A stretch of DNA of 64,000 nucleotides, taken from NCBI RefSeq assembly GCF_018350175.1, contig NC_058368.1:189350001-189414000 (forward strand). The letters run 5' to 3'. A program made the translations under genes and the position numbers. Source of the stretch: Felis catus. Its lineage: Eukaryota. Positions 24,656-38,508 of the stretch are shown piece by piece (position 1 is the first letter of the stretch; the number at the start of each line of letters is the position of its first letter). Below the pieces are notes generated by a model. The model saw nothing but the letters and a program-made list of their open reading frames with translations, was not told where the DNA came from and did no database searches.

Positions 24656-25009
24656 GATTGGCCAAGGTAGAATGCCTGCTGGGTGGGCATCAACAGTAAA
24701 GATCCACCACAAAAGGCATGGGTGGCACTGTTGCATGAAGACAACCATGGGAAACCCTGAGCACTCTCTTCCAGCTCTGGAGTAACCAGTGAGGAAGTCT
24801 TACAAATTCAATTTAATTCACTGCCATGAGCATGTACTGCATCTTACTATGTGCTAGTGCTAAGACATGAGAAAGCAAAGCTGAAAAGCTATTGACAATG
24901 TTCAACAAATCAGCTAACTGATAGGAGTAACAGCTACAAAAACAAATCACTAGGAAACCTCGTGCTAGAAAAAAAGGAGTAGAAGTTAACATGCAAGGTG
25001 CGGAGGTTT

Positions 25010-25655
25010 AACTTTGAATTCCCCTAGAAGCAAGGGTTAGGATCCCCGAATCCCGTGGTTAGATCGAGTGGAAATGACAGGTATTTGGAAGGCAATCTAG
25101 GAAGCAGGGCTAGAGTAATGGGGAAATGACCTGTGAAAGGAAAGATGCCAGTAAGGGAGGAAGTGTTCTACTATATTTATAGATTATTTATAGATAATAT
25201 GTATAACTATTTATACATATTATATATATTTATAATATATATTATATATATTTTATAGTTACCACCTATTATTTGATATTACATATTATATCCTATAGGT
25301 GGTAACTATACAAGTTACCACTGTGAACAAATAGAACTTAATCTGTTGGGAACCCTGGGGGCCAGTATGGAACACATGCCTCAATTATTTAGCAGGCAAG
25401 AGGGAGACTGATGGTGAAAAAATTGGGGTACTTATTTATGAATTCCTGTCTATCGCTGACAAAAGGCTGCTGGAGTATGGGGCAGTAATTCCCCAGGCAT
25501 TTCTGGCTTGTCATATGTGTGGACAGAGTGGGCTTCAAAGACCAGAGAAAGCCCTAGGCAAAGAGATGCATCCCTGGTCAGTGTTCAGGCCGACTGCACT
25601 GAAATGGTAAGTCCTGAAGGTTATCAGTATGGCAGTGGCAATATCTGATCTGTAG
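25010..25655 (-). mobile_element. ERVL LTR16-like relic interrupted by an AT-rich tract (25170-25310)
   Basis: 'ttcccctagaagca', 'caagttaccactgtg', 'ctggggtacttatttat'-like and 'ccagagaaagccctaggcaaaga' motifs. Confidence 0.55.
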
Positions 25656-27549
25656 GTAAAAATCATTTTGCTCCTCTTTCTAAAATAAGGAAACTGAACC
25701 AGAAAATCCCTGAGGGCCTAACCAACTCTGAAATCCTAAGATACAAGGGTTAGTCTAACAACCTTATATTTTATACTTCCCTGTCAGCATGTCTCAGGCT
25801 GGTTTTAAAACAATCTAAAAATGCATGGGAAATGGGTGGGTTGATGGGAGGTAGAAGCAGCTGAGACACTGATAAAGCTAATAACTTTGTGGTCACAAAG
25901 TCCAGGACTTCACATAAAAGCATATTCATCAAAATAGCCTAACTTGCTTGGAAAGGCTCTGCTAACATTTAACATTGTGATCTGGCCCCTGCAAGGTGGG
26001 ATCACAGATTACAGGCCATCATAAGAGGACCCTCAAAGTTGTAGATTCATAGAGAAAATAATTTGAGATCAAAGTGTGGTTATGAACCCCCTGGTTCTTC
26101 AGACTCCTAAGTGCTCTCCCCTCCACATGGTCACAGACAAGAACCAACAGGCAGATGTAGCAAACAAGGCTTTATAAAGGAAATTGACTTTTTTTCTATA
26201 TGCAGGGTCTTAGTTTTCTATGACCCTCACACTTCCAAAGCTTGCTTCTAACTCAGAGAGGTTGGTAATATTTGCTTATTATTTTTAGCATTTCTTATTC
26301 TTGGAAGTGTTTTAGTAGCTGTTATGGAGACAGGGCCACACAACACTTTTGCAACAGGTCTGTGGCTCTGTGGTTTCCCATTCCAACAAAACCCTGTTTC
26401 CCAGAAATCTGCCTGTAAAACCCAAACCCCTGTGAACCCACACTGGGCCCTGTACTGGAGCATGTGAGTTCCAAAGGACAGGTTTATCTTCTTCTCATTT
26501 CTTAAGATGTGTTCTGGTAAATTAGATCTCTTCTCTATTTTTTCCCTCCTTTTCTTTTTCCATTCCATAGAACATCACTATTGTTGCTTCTAAATGAAGC
26601 TTAAGAATTGCATTTGATTGCAAAGGATGGAGCATTTAAAGTGGTAAGTCTGGGATGGAAAAATGAAAATCATATAATCCAATAATAAACCACGACAATG
26701 GAGGGGAAACTCTTCCCGAAGCACTTTTGACGATAAATGTCTCTAAATGCCTATGTGCTCAACTCAGAAAGAATCTCATTTCTCTCTTGGTCAAGCACAG
26801 GACCAAACTCCTTGTAATTAATGTCCTCAGTATGCACACAATAAATACTGGATAGCTTGTAGTTGTTTTCCTTCCTCCATTTGGGTAATTTTCTTAAAAA
26901 GGGCCTTAATTTAGCAGATTTGGGGAGTGATTTGAGCATTGCTGAGCACTGTATATTTTCTTGGGAATGGAGAAAGGACACCCTTTTCTCCTAGGGAAAA
27001 TGCTATTAGTGTTCCTGTTTTACCAGTTAGGAAATAGATCATATCTTCTTCTTTTCTTATGTCCTATGGAAAAAATACTAAAAACTGTAACTCTAAATAT
27101 TACTTCTGCTACTATTGCTCCTATAATGAGTATTAATAATGCATCAATGGACTTAGTTTAATTTCACTATTTAATAAGTATTATTACACACCTGAAGTTG
27201 AAAATAGTGTTAGATGTTACTGGTAAAAATAAGAAAAACAAGAAATTACATTCAAATATATCCAAACAGTGTAAGGGCACAAGATAGCACCTTGGGAGAA
27301 GTTGTATGCAGTGAGCTTCCCTAAGCAAAATACTATTGTTGCTCAATGTTATATCTAGAAGGAAAAACAGAGAAAATAAATACTGTGGCATTCTTAACTG
27401 AATTCTTATCCAATCTGGACATGTTGTTAAGACTAAAATGTATGAATAAAACTCTTAGTGAACCTCAGAAGAAAAGTGGCACACATGTATCAAACATCTT
27501 TGTTAACAGAGGTTCATAAGAAAGAGATGCTTTTAAAAAAGAAACAATA

Positions 27550-27768
27550 GGGGCATCTGGGTGGCTCAGTCAGTTGAGTGTCCTACTTGGGCTCAGGTCA
27601 TGATCTCACGGTTTGTGAGTTTAAGTCCCGAGTTGGGCTCTGTGCTGACAGCTTGGAGCCTGGAGCCTGCTTCAGATTTTGTGGCTCTTCCTCTCTCTCT
27701 GCCCTTCCCATGCTCATGCTCTGTCTCTCTCTCTGTGTCTCAATAATAAATAAACATTAAAAAAAAAA
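27550..27768 (+). mobile_element. Can-SINE
   Basis: Full length; TSD aaaaaagaaacaata on both sides. Confidence 0.95.
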
Positions 27769-27885
27769 GAAACAATAATAAAATTTGAACTTTTGTTTTT
27801 TCTTTGCTTTCTTTTAATTAGGAATAAGTGCTAATTTTGTGATATTTCATGCCTACAGTACAAATAAATTATATAAAATAAATAG

Positions 27886-27925
<40 letters not shown>

Positions 27926-28733
27926 TTTCCAGAACTTAAGACATTGATGCTTTCCTGATTCATATCTTAGACACTGTAATGCCATTAATTTGACTATATG
28001 AAATACAAAAATTTCTTCATGTTAAATGCATCATTTTCATGACATGTAAAGAGTTTTTACAAACCACTAAGAATAAGCTTAATAAACAACACAAGAATAA
28101 CAATGAAGCAATTTAACATAAATAACACACAACTCAATAAAAAATGGGCAGAAGATTAAGAACAAAAGTCCACAGTAAAAGAAATACTTTGCTCAACTTT
28201 AGTTGTATCAAACAGTAAGACACTATTTCAGCCTATCAGTTAAAATTTGGATGACACTATCAAGGAACATATATTCTATTGGCCCCAGATCACAATAAAC
28301 ATTGGAGACAGCTCAAATGTTGGTCTCAATGCTCTTCATAAAGTGTACAATTGTTTTTCCTCTTTATTCTTTTTTTATCCCTAGGCTATGATTTTTCTCA
28401 CTTTGGCCTCTTTATATTTTCCCTCCAGCAACAATGTTGGCTATGTCTACACAGAATACCTAGTTGAATCAAAATATTTTTTAGATTGTGTATATAACAT
28501 CAGAGAAGAAAAGACTCCATGAGTCCCTATGTTGAGAAAGTTAAAACCAGCAGTCTCATGATGATACTCATTATTAAACCTTTATGTTTTAAATACAGTA
28601 CTTCCACAGTTATCAACATTCTTTGAAAAGAGCTGTCCAGATGAGATTGGCAAAACTATCTTTTGCTTCTAAACACCAGTCAACAGGGGAAGAAAAAGAG
28701 AAGAGATAATCCACTTAAATTTTTATTTTTTTA

Positions 28734-28940
28734 GGGGCACTTGGGTGGCTCAGTCGGTTGAGCATCCAACTTTGGCTCATGATCTCACAGTTCGTGGGTT
28801 TGAGCCCCGTGTCAGGCTCTGCGCTGACAGCTCAGAGCCTGGAGCCTACTTTGGATTTTGTGTCTTCCTCCCTCTCTGCCCCTCCCCTGTTGGCACTCTG
28901 TCTCTCAACAATAATTAAATGTTAAAATAAATAAATAATT
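28734..28940 (+). mobile_element. Can-SINE
   Basis: 'ggggcacttgggtggctcagtcggttgagc..gagcctggagcct'. Confidence 0.95.
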
Positions 28941-29049
28941 AATTAATTTTTATTTTTTATTTTTAAAAAAAACCTTATGTCTCAATTTTTTATCAAACTA
29001 AACTTTCTTTTAATTTAATGTAAAGTTTTAAATATAAATAATAGTTCTC

Positions 29050-30434
29050 TGGCACGAAAACAGACACTCAGATCAATGGAACAGAATAGAGAACCCAGAA
29101 ATGGACCCACAAATGTATGGCCAACTAATCTTTGACAAAGCAGGAAAGAATATCCAATGGAATAAAGACAGTCTCTTCAGCAAGTGGTGCTGGGAAAACG
29201 GGACAGCGACATGAAGAAGAATGAACCTAGACCACTTTCTTACACCATGCACACAAAAAAACTCAAAATGGATGAAAGACCTCAATGTCAGACAGGAAGC
29301 CATCAAAATACTCAAGGATAAAGCTGGCACAAACCTCTTTGAACTTGGCTACAGCAACTTCTTACTAAACATGTCTCCGGAGGCAAGGAAAACAAAAGCA
29401 AAAATGAACTATTGGGACCTCATCAAAATAAAAAGCTTCTGCACAGCAAAGGAAACAATCAGCAGAACTAAAAGGCAACCGATGGAATGGGAGAAGATAT
29501 TTGCAAATGACATATCAGGTAAAGGATTAGTATCCAAAATCTATAAAGAAATAATCAAACTCAACACCCAAAAGACAAATCATCCAGTGAAGAAATGGGC
29601 AAAAGACATGAATAGACACTTCTCTAAAGAAGACATCCAGATGGCCAACTGACACATGAAAAAATGCTCAACATCACTCATCAGGGAAATAGAAATCAAA
29701 ACCACATTGAGATACCACCTCACACCTGTCACAATGGCTAACATTAAAAACTCAGGCAACAACAGATGTTGGTGCAGATGCAGAGAGACAAGATCTCTTT
29801 TTCACTGCTGGTGGGAATGCAAGCTGGTGCAGCCACTCTGGAAAACAGTATGGAGGTTCCTCAGAAAATTAAAAGTAGAACTACCCTACAACCCAGCAAT
29901 TGCACTACTGGGTATTTATCCAAGGGATACAGGTATGATGTTTCAAAGGGGCACATGCACCACAATGTTTACAGCAGCATTATCAACAATAGCCAAAGTA
30001 TGGAAAGAGCCCAAATGTCCATTGATGGATGAATGGATAAAGAAGATGCGATCTTTTTGATTACCCGGCAATCAAAAAGAATGAAATCTTCTCATTTGCA
30101 ACTACGTGGATGGAACCAGAGGACATCATGCTAAGCGAAATTGGTCAGTCAGAGAAAGACAACTATCACATGACTTCATTCATATGAGGACTTTAAAGCA
30201 CAGAACAGATGACACAAGGGAAGGGAAGCAAAAATAATATAAAAACAGGGAGGGGGACAAAACATCAGAGATTCTTAAATATAGAGAACAAACAGAGGGT
30301 TACTGGAAGGTTTGTGGGGGGGTGGTTAAATGGGTAAGGGGCATTAAGGAATCTACTCTTGAAATCATTGTTGCACTATATGCTAACTAACTTGGATGTA
30401 AATTAAAAATAAATAAATAAATACATAAATAAGT
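29050..30434 (+). mobile_element. 5'-truncated felid L1 (ORF2 3' third plus 3'UTR)
   Basis: ORFs [20 protein letters not shown] and [33 protein letters not shown] taaataata(g/a)ttctc at 29035-29049 and 30434-30448. Confidence 0.97.
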
Positions 30435-30454
30435 AAATAATAATTCTCCATAAT

Positions 30455-30655
30455 AGTCCTTTACATAACTTATCACATTTAATTCTCATAATAATACTAT
30501 GAAATAGTGTTTACTATTCTCAGTGCACGGATGAAAAAGCTGATGTTTCAAGATTAAAGAATTTGTCCAAAATCACATCACTAGTAAGTGGCACAGCTTT
30601 GATTCAAATCCAGGCAGTCTCTATCTGAAATCTGGATTCTTGAACACTGCTATTC
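30455..30655 (-). mobile_element. MIR SINE
   Basis: 'tcacatttaattctcataataat..gtccaaaatcacatcactagtaagtggca..gattcaaatccaggcagtct'. Confidence 0.8.
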
Positions 30656-32074
30656 CATCTATAAACTATTGCTGCATCTAGAAAATAATTTTGTTTACCC
30701 TCATGCTGTGGATCAGGATGCATTTCCATAGAGATGCATTTTCTTTCCTAGACTCTACTACTCCTTTGGGTGAGACTGGTATTCAGTGATGTCTAGAGAG
30801 GGCAAAGGGCATCTGCTCTGTGCTTTCCTCACCTCTAAGTTCTCCCAGTAGACCAGCTCAAAATGCTTCTCTTGGTTGGATGTGCTCCAAAATGTTCTCT
30901 TTCATCCCTGCTTTATAATGCTAATAAGCCTGAATCATCAAGAAAAATTCCCTGTTTAAAAAAAAAAAAATAGACTGGTCCAGTGGTGCATCAGAGGTTT
31001 GGCTAAGACTACAGGGAAAGAACCAAAAGTCTGCCATGTGCCATGACCTCTTCACATATATTTTCTACCTGGCCTAAGAATATACAATAAAACAAATGGG
31101 AAAAAAATTTCAGAGAGAGAGATTTCAGCTCCATCTGCACTAAGCTTATCAACAATTGTAGTTTTCTCAGGAAAGAAGTGAGATCCCTTGTCACTGCAAG
31201 TATGCAAGCAGAGGATGAATAACCACTTGACAGAAATGTGAAGGGGGTTCAAAACTCAGACGAAGAATTAAACTAGTTTGGAAGTTTTCAACTTTGCTTT
31301 CTGATACATTTCTATGGCCATAATCATGTCTATGGTATATCACATGTAATTCGACACTACTAATATAGAATAATATTTTTGATTTATTTTTTAAATATAT
31401 AAATTAAAGTGGTTCAGTGTCTGTTTCTTGGTAACAAGCAATAGAAACTATTGGACAGATATGGAATAGCTAAGAGAATCGAAAGAAAAGAATTACACAT
31501 ATGCACAAACCAAATTATCTTTTTAGTGAGTAAACTTGACTCACCTGCATCAATGGGAGATTCTTATCCTTATCTACACTATTCTTTCTTTTATTGTAAC
31601 AGAATGGAAGTTGAGAACCAGTATATGCTTGGCCTTTAAGATTTCCTTCAAACCTTAGACACTATGATTCTGTAATTCTAAAGGGCAGGAGAACAATAGC
31701 ATAAAGTAGAACTTTTCCAGCCTCAGATCCAAATTGGGTTGTTTGAGGGCACAATTAACTGGTCATGTTGCTAAGGCTCAGTCTCTGCAAATTATGGCAC
31801 TAGAAAGGTAGGCTAGCACCTTTGGTTCTGATAGAGTTGCAAGGGATAAAACAATAGAGCTACTTTACTTCTAGAAGAAGTTAGCCCACCTGTGTGAGAC
31901 TGAAGCAGAGAAATCCAGAGAGAGAAAGAGAGAGAGAGAGACCATTTCCCTAGCACTGATAGATGAAGATGGAGTATGGACCTATCTGAGGAAATGATCT
32001 TAACCAAGTATGAGGTATGTGTATATGTGTGTTGGGGAAAGGGGAAGGAGATCTAGACAAACTTCAGAAAATGA

Positions 32075-32812
32075 AGTCACTGCCAGTGTCCTGGGTTCAG
32101 TGCCACATGGAATTACTACAATGTTTGGGGCTTGGGGCACAGGCATGTTTACTGTATCATTGGCACCAGTGTCTGAGGTATAGGCATGTGCAGACCACCC
32201 ACAGAACTAGGATCTAGGTCTTTGGGACTCACCATGGTGACCACTTGAGAGTGGAGGGGAGACAGGACACAACAATGGGTATGGGCCCAGGGATGATAGG
32301 GGTACCACTAGCCTGGACCCAGCCCAACCCCCTCGATATGGTAGGTTCCAGTGCCAACTCAGGCCCCAGAGGGCAGGGTGCAGAGCAGCAGCAGCACAGC
32401 TCTGGTGATGGTGGGTCACATCTGTAACTCAGGACCCATGGGGAAGAGTACAGAGCACTAGCTGCACAGTCTCAGTGGTGGAGGGTTATTAGGACCCAAG
32501 AGGCAGCGAGTGGAAGGCAGTGGCAGCCCTAATTCTAAAAATGGCAAGTACTATGGTACCCCAATCAAGAAAAGCAGAGCAGAGCACAGCAACAACTTGG
32601 ACCATTTGGGCAGGTCTCAGCATAGGAACACCACCAGCCCCAGGAAGGAGATGCAGTGGTAGGGACTCCAGGTGGCTCCATCAGTTGAGTTCAGTGAAGA
32701 TTGTAGGGTTCTCAGTAGCACAGGTTATAGATGTCCCTCTAAGGGCATCTTGGCACTGAGCTGCTCCAGACGGGGACTCAGGGTGATGCAGGTTAAGTAC
32801 TTCACATACTCT
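32075..32812 (-). mobile_element. Probable old L1 5'UTR segment in inverted orientation
   Basis: GC-rich, non-coding; its right end is the reverse complement of 33009-33073, which lies in a plus-strand L1-like 5' end. Confidence 0.55.
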
Positions 32813-32827
32813 GAAATTTCACAAGAT

Positions 32828-33090
32828 GGGATGTCAGCAAGATGGTACACCAGGAGGTTCAAACACTTGTCTCTCCCATGAAAACAACTAAAACAAAAGA
32901 TAGCTAGAAACTGATGAAAATAGCTCTAGGAGAACTTTGAACTATAGTGAAGAAGCAGCAGAAACTGGAGAGTATGAAAAACGAGTGTTGTGGCACAGAG
33001 AAGTGTAGGAAGTACTTACCTGCATCACCCCAAGTCCCCGTCTGGAGCAGCTCAGTGTCAAGATTCCCTCAGAAGCAATTCACCCTATGG
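32828..33090 (+). mobile_element. Old L1 5' terminus (YY1-type CAAGATGG start)
   Basis: 'gggatgtcagcaagatggtacaccaggagg..ctctcccatgaaaacaac' resembles L1M 5' ends. Confidence 0.55.
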
Positions 33091-33257
33091 TGAATTTTTA
33101 AATATCAATTATACCTCTATAGATGTGGAAGAAAAATATATATATGTTCTTTAGGTAGAAAGGCATATCAGAGTACAACCTGGACATACACAAAAAAAAT
33201 GGTGAATACTGGAAATGGAATAAGTGAAGGTAAAATCAAATTCATTCTTTCTTACTT

Positions 33258-33275
33258 TTTTTTCTAATGTTTATT

Positions 33276-33318
<43 letters not shown>

Positions 33319-33484
33319 ATGAGTGCAGGAGGGGCAGAGAGAGAGGGAGACACAGAATCTGAAGCAGGCTCCAGGCTCTAGGCTGTCAGCACAGAGCCCG
33401 ATGTGGGGCTTGAACTCATGAACCATAAGATCATGACCTGAGCTGAAATCGAATGCTTAACCAACTGAGTCACCCAGGTGCTCC
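33258..33484 (-). mobile_element. Can-SINE
   Basis: TSD tcattctttcttactttt on both sides. Confidence 0.95.
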
Positions 33485-33720
33485 TCATTCTTTCTTACTT
33501 TTAACTGCTCTAAAAGATGACTGATTAAAGCAAAAATAGTAGCAGTGGACTGTGGAATTATAGTATACATAAAAGTAAAAGCACAATTGATGGGAAGGAG
33601 AAATACTAGGAATATATTCTTATAAAATCCTTATACTACACATGAAGTAATGTATTATTTGATGCTAGACTCTAAGTAAAGATGTATATTTTAAATCCCA
33701 GAGCATCCACTAAACTTATT

Positions 33721-33940
33721 TTTTAAATTTTTTTTTTCAACGTTTATTTATTTTTGGGACAGAGAGAGACAGAGCCTGAACGGGGGAGGGGCAGAGAGAG
33801 AGGGAGACACAGAATCTGAAACAGGCTCCAGGCTCCGAGCCATCAGCCCAGAGCCTGACGCGGGGCTCGAACTCCCGGACCGCGAGATCGTGACCTGGCT
33901 GAAGTCGGACGCTTAACCGACTGCGCCACCCAGGCGCCCC
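33721..33940 (-). mobile_element. Very young SINEC_Fc
   Basis: Intact CpGs; TSD cactaaacttatttt. Confidence 0.97.
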
Positions 33941-35259
33941 TCACTAAACTTATTTTAAGAAGGAAGCATTACACACAAGTTAATAGGAAAGATGAAGTGA
34001 AATAATTTTAAAATGTTTAATTAATAACAGAAAAGATATTAAGGGGGAGGGACAAATAACTCAAGGAAAGAATAGAACACAGCTAGCAAGATGATAGATT
34101 TTAGTACAGTATTTAGTAATGTTATAAATAATAACATTAAAGGTGCATAGTCTCAACCCAATAATTAAAAGACAAAAATTGTCACATTGGATAAAAAAGC
34201 AAGACTCAACTCATTCTTTCTACAAGAAATTCTCTTTAAATATAAAGGCATAGCTATATTAAAAGTAAAGTATGGAGAAAGATATGCTATACAAACACTA
34301 TAGAAAATAAGCTGAACTGACTACATTAATGTCAGACAAAGTAGAATTTAGAACAATAGAGATTATCAGGGATAAAAATGGGACATTAAGTCAGTTTTCT
34401 TAGAAGACATGACAATCTTAAATCCAAATTGAATTGAAGAGTTTCAAAGTATAGGAGCCAAAAACTGATACAACTGAAATAGACAACAAAACATGATAGC
34501 TGAAGACGTCAACAAGTAGACAAAATCAGTAAGGGTATATAATACCTGGACAACACTATTAACCAACTAGATTTAATTGACATTTATAAAAGAATACTCT
34601 CCCCAAAAGGAGCAGAAGACACTTTTCTAAATTTCTAAATTTCTAAATTTCATGGTACTAAGACAGACCATTTTCAGAGCTATAAAAGAAACTTCAACAA
34701 ATTAAAGAATAGAAATCATATGATATAATGTTCTCAGAATATAACAGAATTAAACTAAAAATCATTAACAAAAAATATGCCTGGAAAATAACCAAATGTT
34801 TGAAAATTGATTCTTCTAAATAACCTATAGATCAAAGTGGAATATTCAAAGAAATTTTTAAAATATTTTAAACTGTGTCAAAATACAAAACAACATATCA
34901 AAAATTGTGGGATTCAGCTAAAGCAGCGCTTAATGGGCAGTTAATGGCATTTAATGCCTATTGAAGAAAAAATCTCAAATCATTCATCTAAATCTCCATC
35001 TTAAGAAACTAGAAAAAGAAAAGCAAACTCAAAGTAAACAAAAATATGTAAATAAACATAAGAGCAAAAATCAATGAAATTGGGAAGAGGAAAAAATAGA
35101 AACAAAATCAATAAAACCAAAAGGCGGTCCTTTCATAAAATTAATAAAAATTCATAAATCTCTAGCCAGACTAACCAAAAGAAAACACAAATTATTAATA
35201 TCAGGAACAAAAGAGGGATCATTACAGTATAACCCACAGACATTAAAGAAATAACAAGG

Positions 35260-35390
35260 CAATTGTGATCACCACTGGGGTTGTATGTAAGTGATAAATC
35301 ACTAAACTCTACACCTGAAACTAATATTACACTGTATGTTAACTGGAATTTAAATAAAACCATAATTTAAAAAATAAATAAAACAATAGA
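35260..35390 (+). mobile_element. Severely truncated carnivore L1 3' tail
   Basis: 'cactggggttgtatgtaagtgataaatcactaaactctacacctgaaactaatattacactgtatgttaact'; flanking aataacaagg repeats. Confidence 0.85.
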
Positions 35391-35712
35391 ACAATAACAA
35401 GGGAATACTATTAACAACTCTGTATCCTTACATTTCAAGTGAATCAATTCCTTGAAAGACACATCAAAAAAGAAAGAAAGAGATAACCTGAAAAGTCCTA
35501 TATATATCAAAGAAATTGAATTCATAGTTTAAAATCTTCCACAAGGAAAACTCTGGGTCCAGATCATTGCACTGGCAATTTCTACCAAACACTTAAAGAA
35601 GAAATACATAAAATGTGAACTGACTGGGAAAAGTGAATATTGTTTTGATGTCAATTCTCTCCAATTTGATCTACAGATTCATTTCAATCCTTATCAAAAT
35701 CCAAGCAGACTT

Positions 35713-35935
35713 GGGGCGCCTGGGTGGCACAGTCGGTTAAGCGTCCGACTTCAGCCAGGTCACGATCTCGCGGTCCGGGAGTTCGAGCCCCGCGTCAGGC
35801 TCTGGGCTGATGGCTCGGAGCCTGGAGCCTGTTTCAGATTCTGTGTCTCCCTCTCTCTCTGCCCCTCCCCCGTTCATGCTCTGTCTCTCTCTGTCCCAAA
35901 AATAAATAAACGTTGAAAAAAAAAACCACTTTATA
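35713..35935 (+). mobile_element. Very young SINEC_Fc
   Basis: Intact CpGs; TSD aaaatccaagcaga at 35696-35709 and 35936-35949. Confidence 0.97.
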
Positions 35936-36054
35936 AAAATCCAAGCAGAATTTTTTCAAAAATACCTTTAAAAAATGATAGCTGATTCTAGAATTCTAAA
36001 ATGTAAGAATGTATGTAAGAAGCAAATGAACTAGAATAGGCAAAATATTTTTGG

Positions 36055-36273
36055 TTGTTTTTTTTTAAAGCTTATTCATTTATCTTGAGAAAGAGAGAGA
36101 GAGTGTGAGCAGGGCAGGGGCAGAGAGAGCAGGAGAGAAAGAGAATCCCAAGCAGGTTCTGTGCTGTCAGTGCGAGCCAGAACACAGGGCTCAATCCCAT
36201 GAACTGTGAGACAATGACCTATGCCAAAATCAGGAGTCAGACACTTAACTGATTGAGCCACTCAGTCGTCTCC
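36055..36273 (-). mobile_element. Can-SINE
   Basis: Antisense body; TSD aaatatttttg. Confidence 0.9.
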
Positions 36274-38508
36274 GAAATATTTTTGAAAAATAAGAATAAA
36301 GTTGGAGGACTCACATTACTCCATTTTTGAGATACAAATCTAGTGTAAATCAAGACTATGTAGTATTGGTGAATGATAGACACAAAGATCAATGAATGGA
36401 ACTGAGAGCCCAGAAATAAACCCACACAGATAGAATCAAGTGAAATTTTAGCAAAGTTCAAAAGCAGTTATGGAGTAAGAATAGTCTTTTCAATGAATGG
36501 TGCTTAAATAATTGCATGTCCATATGCAAAACAAAGTGATCTTTGACCTATACATCACACTTTATACAAAAAATAACTCAAAATGGATCATGTACCTAAA
36601 TATAAAATGTAAAACTATGAAACTTCTTTTAAAAAAAATAGAAGAAAATATGTGTGACTTTGGGCTAGGCAAAAATCTTTAGATATAGCAATATAACCAT
36701 GATCCATAAAATAAAAATACGTTGGACTTTATCAAAGTTACAAACTTTTGGAGGAGCCAAGATAGCAGAACAGAATGGAAGTGTTTTGTGTGTCTTGTGT
36801 CCATGAAATACAGCCAGACCAACACTAAACCATCCTGCACACCTAGAAAATGGATCTGAGGATTAACACAACAATCTGCACAACCTAAACCACAGAATTC
36901 ATCAGGTATGCAGCGTGGATGGGTGAATTGGGGGAGAGAGAAAACATGGAGGGCAGGGAGCCACTTTTGTGTGTGAAGAGAGGACAGAGATGGGGGGCAG
37001 AATATGGGAAAAGCACCCCCCCAAAAACAGCTGGAGAGAAAATGGAAAAGTGGAAATAGCCACAGGGACTGAACTAAAAAGGGAGAAAGGAGAAAGGAGA
37101 GGGTTTAAATTCCATTAAGACTCTATAAACAGGGGGAGTGCAAAGTCTGAAACTCTGCAGCTCAATACCTGGCAGTGCTCTGGTGAGAAGGGTGAATCCC
37201 CAGGAGCAGAGTAAAGTCTGGAGGTCTTTGGGCCACACTGGGAGAGCTGGTTCCCCTGCTGGGGGACATGTGGTAGAGTCTGTGTGCCCCCCACCCCCAG
37301 GCAAAGGTCTCAGCGGACCCGGGAGAACAACAACATTCACTGGTGCTGGAACAAGGTCGCTGGGGGTGAAGCCTGGTGCCAGATATGTGTAGTGATTTGC
37401 CAGAATCCCTGAAACACTGCAGCTACACGATAACGTGAACTTTTTCAGGGGCGGGCTGGCACCCAGCCGCAATCTCTGGGCATTGGCAGCAGCACAGTTG
37501 TGCGAGCATTCCTGGATATGGCGGGCACCCAGCCATTGCTCGGGAAAACCCTTCTGCAGAGGGGCAGAATGGGTCAAACCTGCAGTCCCTCAGAAATAAG
37601 GGATCAGGAAAAACAGCAGCATTGGATAAAACTCAGGAGGGAGGTTCTACCTGGGGCTTGGTCACTGACAGTGGAAAAGTGGGGAATGGACAGAAGCCAA
37701 AGACAAGGGATGGGTGCGCGATTGCTGACTGGGAAGAACACAGTTCTGATACTAGAGACTAGGTAGCTGGGTGACGCCATTTTCACCACTCCTGTGCATG
37801 TGTGTGTGCACATACACGCGTGTGCATGTACACAAACACCTACAAGCACCACGACAATCCACCCCAGTAAGCTAAGCAGCACCATCTAGCGGACAACGGA
37901 GCCATTATATTAAGCCCCACCCAACTGGACCAACCCTGCTTTTCAGAAACACAAGTTTCTCTGCCTGCTTAGTTTATGGACTATAAGGCATTTCATAGTT
38001 TGCTTCTAGGGGAAAATGCCTTAATTTCAGTTGTATTTCAGTCTGTTTGCCAGTCCATCTATTCAATTTTCTTTCCTTCTTTTTCTTTTCTCTTTTCTCT
38101 CTTATTTGTTTCTTTTCTTTTTCTTGAATACAGAAAGAGAAAAAATTCATTTTTATTTTCAATTTGTATTAAAAATATTTTTCTTTAATTTTTGCTAGTA
38201 TATCTTTTAATTTTGTGTAATTTTTTTCAAATTCTACTTGACGTCCATCATTTAATTTTAGTCAACCATAGTGTATTCATTTTTTCAAATTTTCAAATGG
38301 TTTCCCTGTTGTTTTTTTTTTATTTCCCCTTTATTCTCTAATCTATCAAGCCCCTTTCAACAACCAGAACAAAACACAGTTAGAATCTAGCATCATTTAT
38401 TCAATTTCTTTGTGTGTGATTTTAATATTTTAATTTTAATATTTTTTAATTTTAATTGTTTTTTATTTTAATTTTTTAAACCTCATTAATTTCTTTTCTC
38501 CCTTCAAA

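Noticed and set aside
37074..37885. 167-aa and 93-aa antisense ORFs in the L1 5'UTR (ORF0-like?)
   Set aside because: Expected by chance in a GC-rich UTR; no recognisable similarity, and conservation cannot be assessed here.
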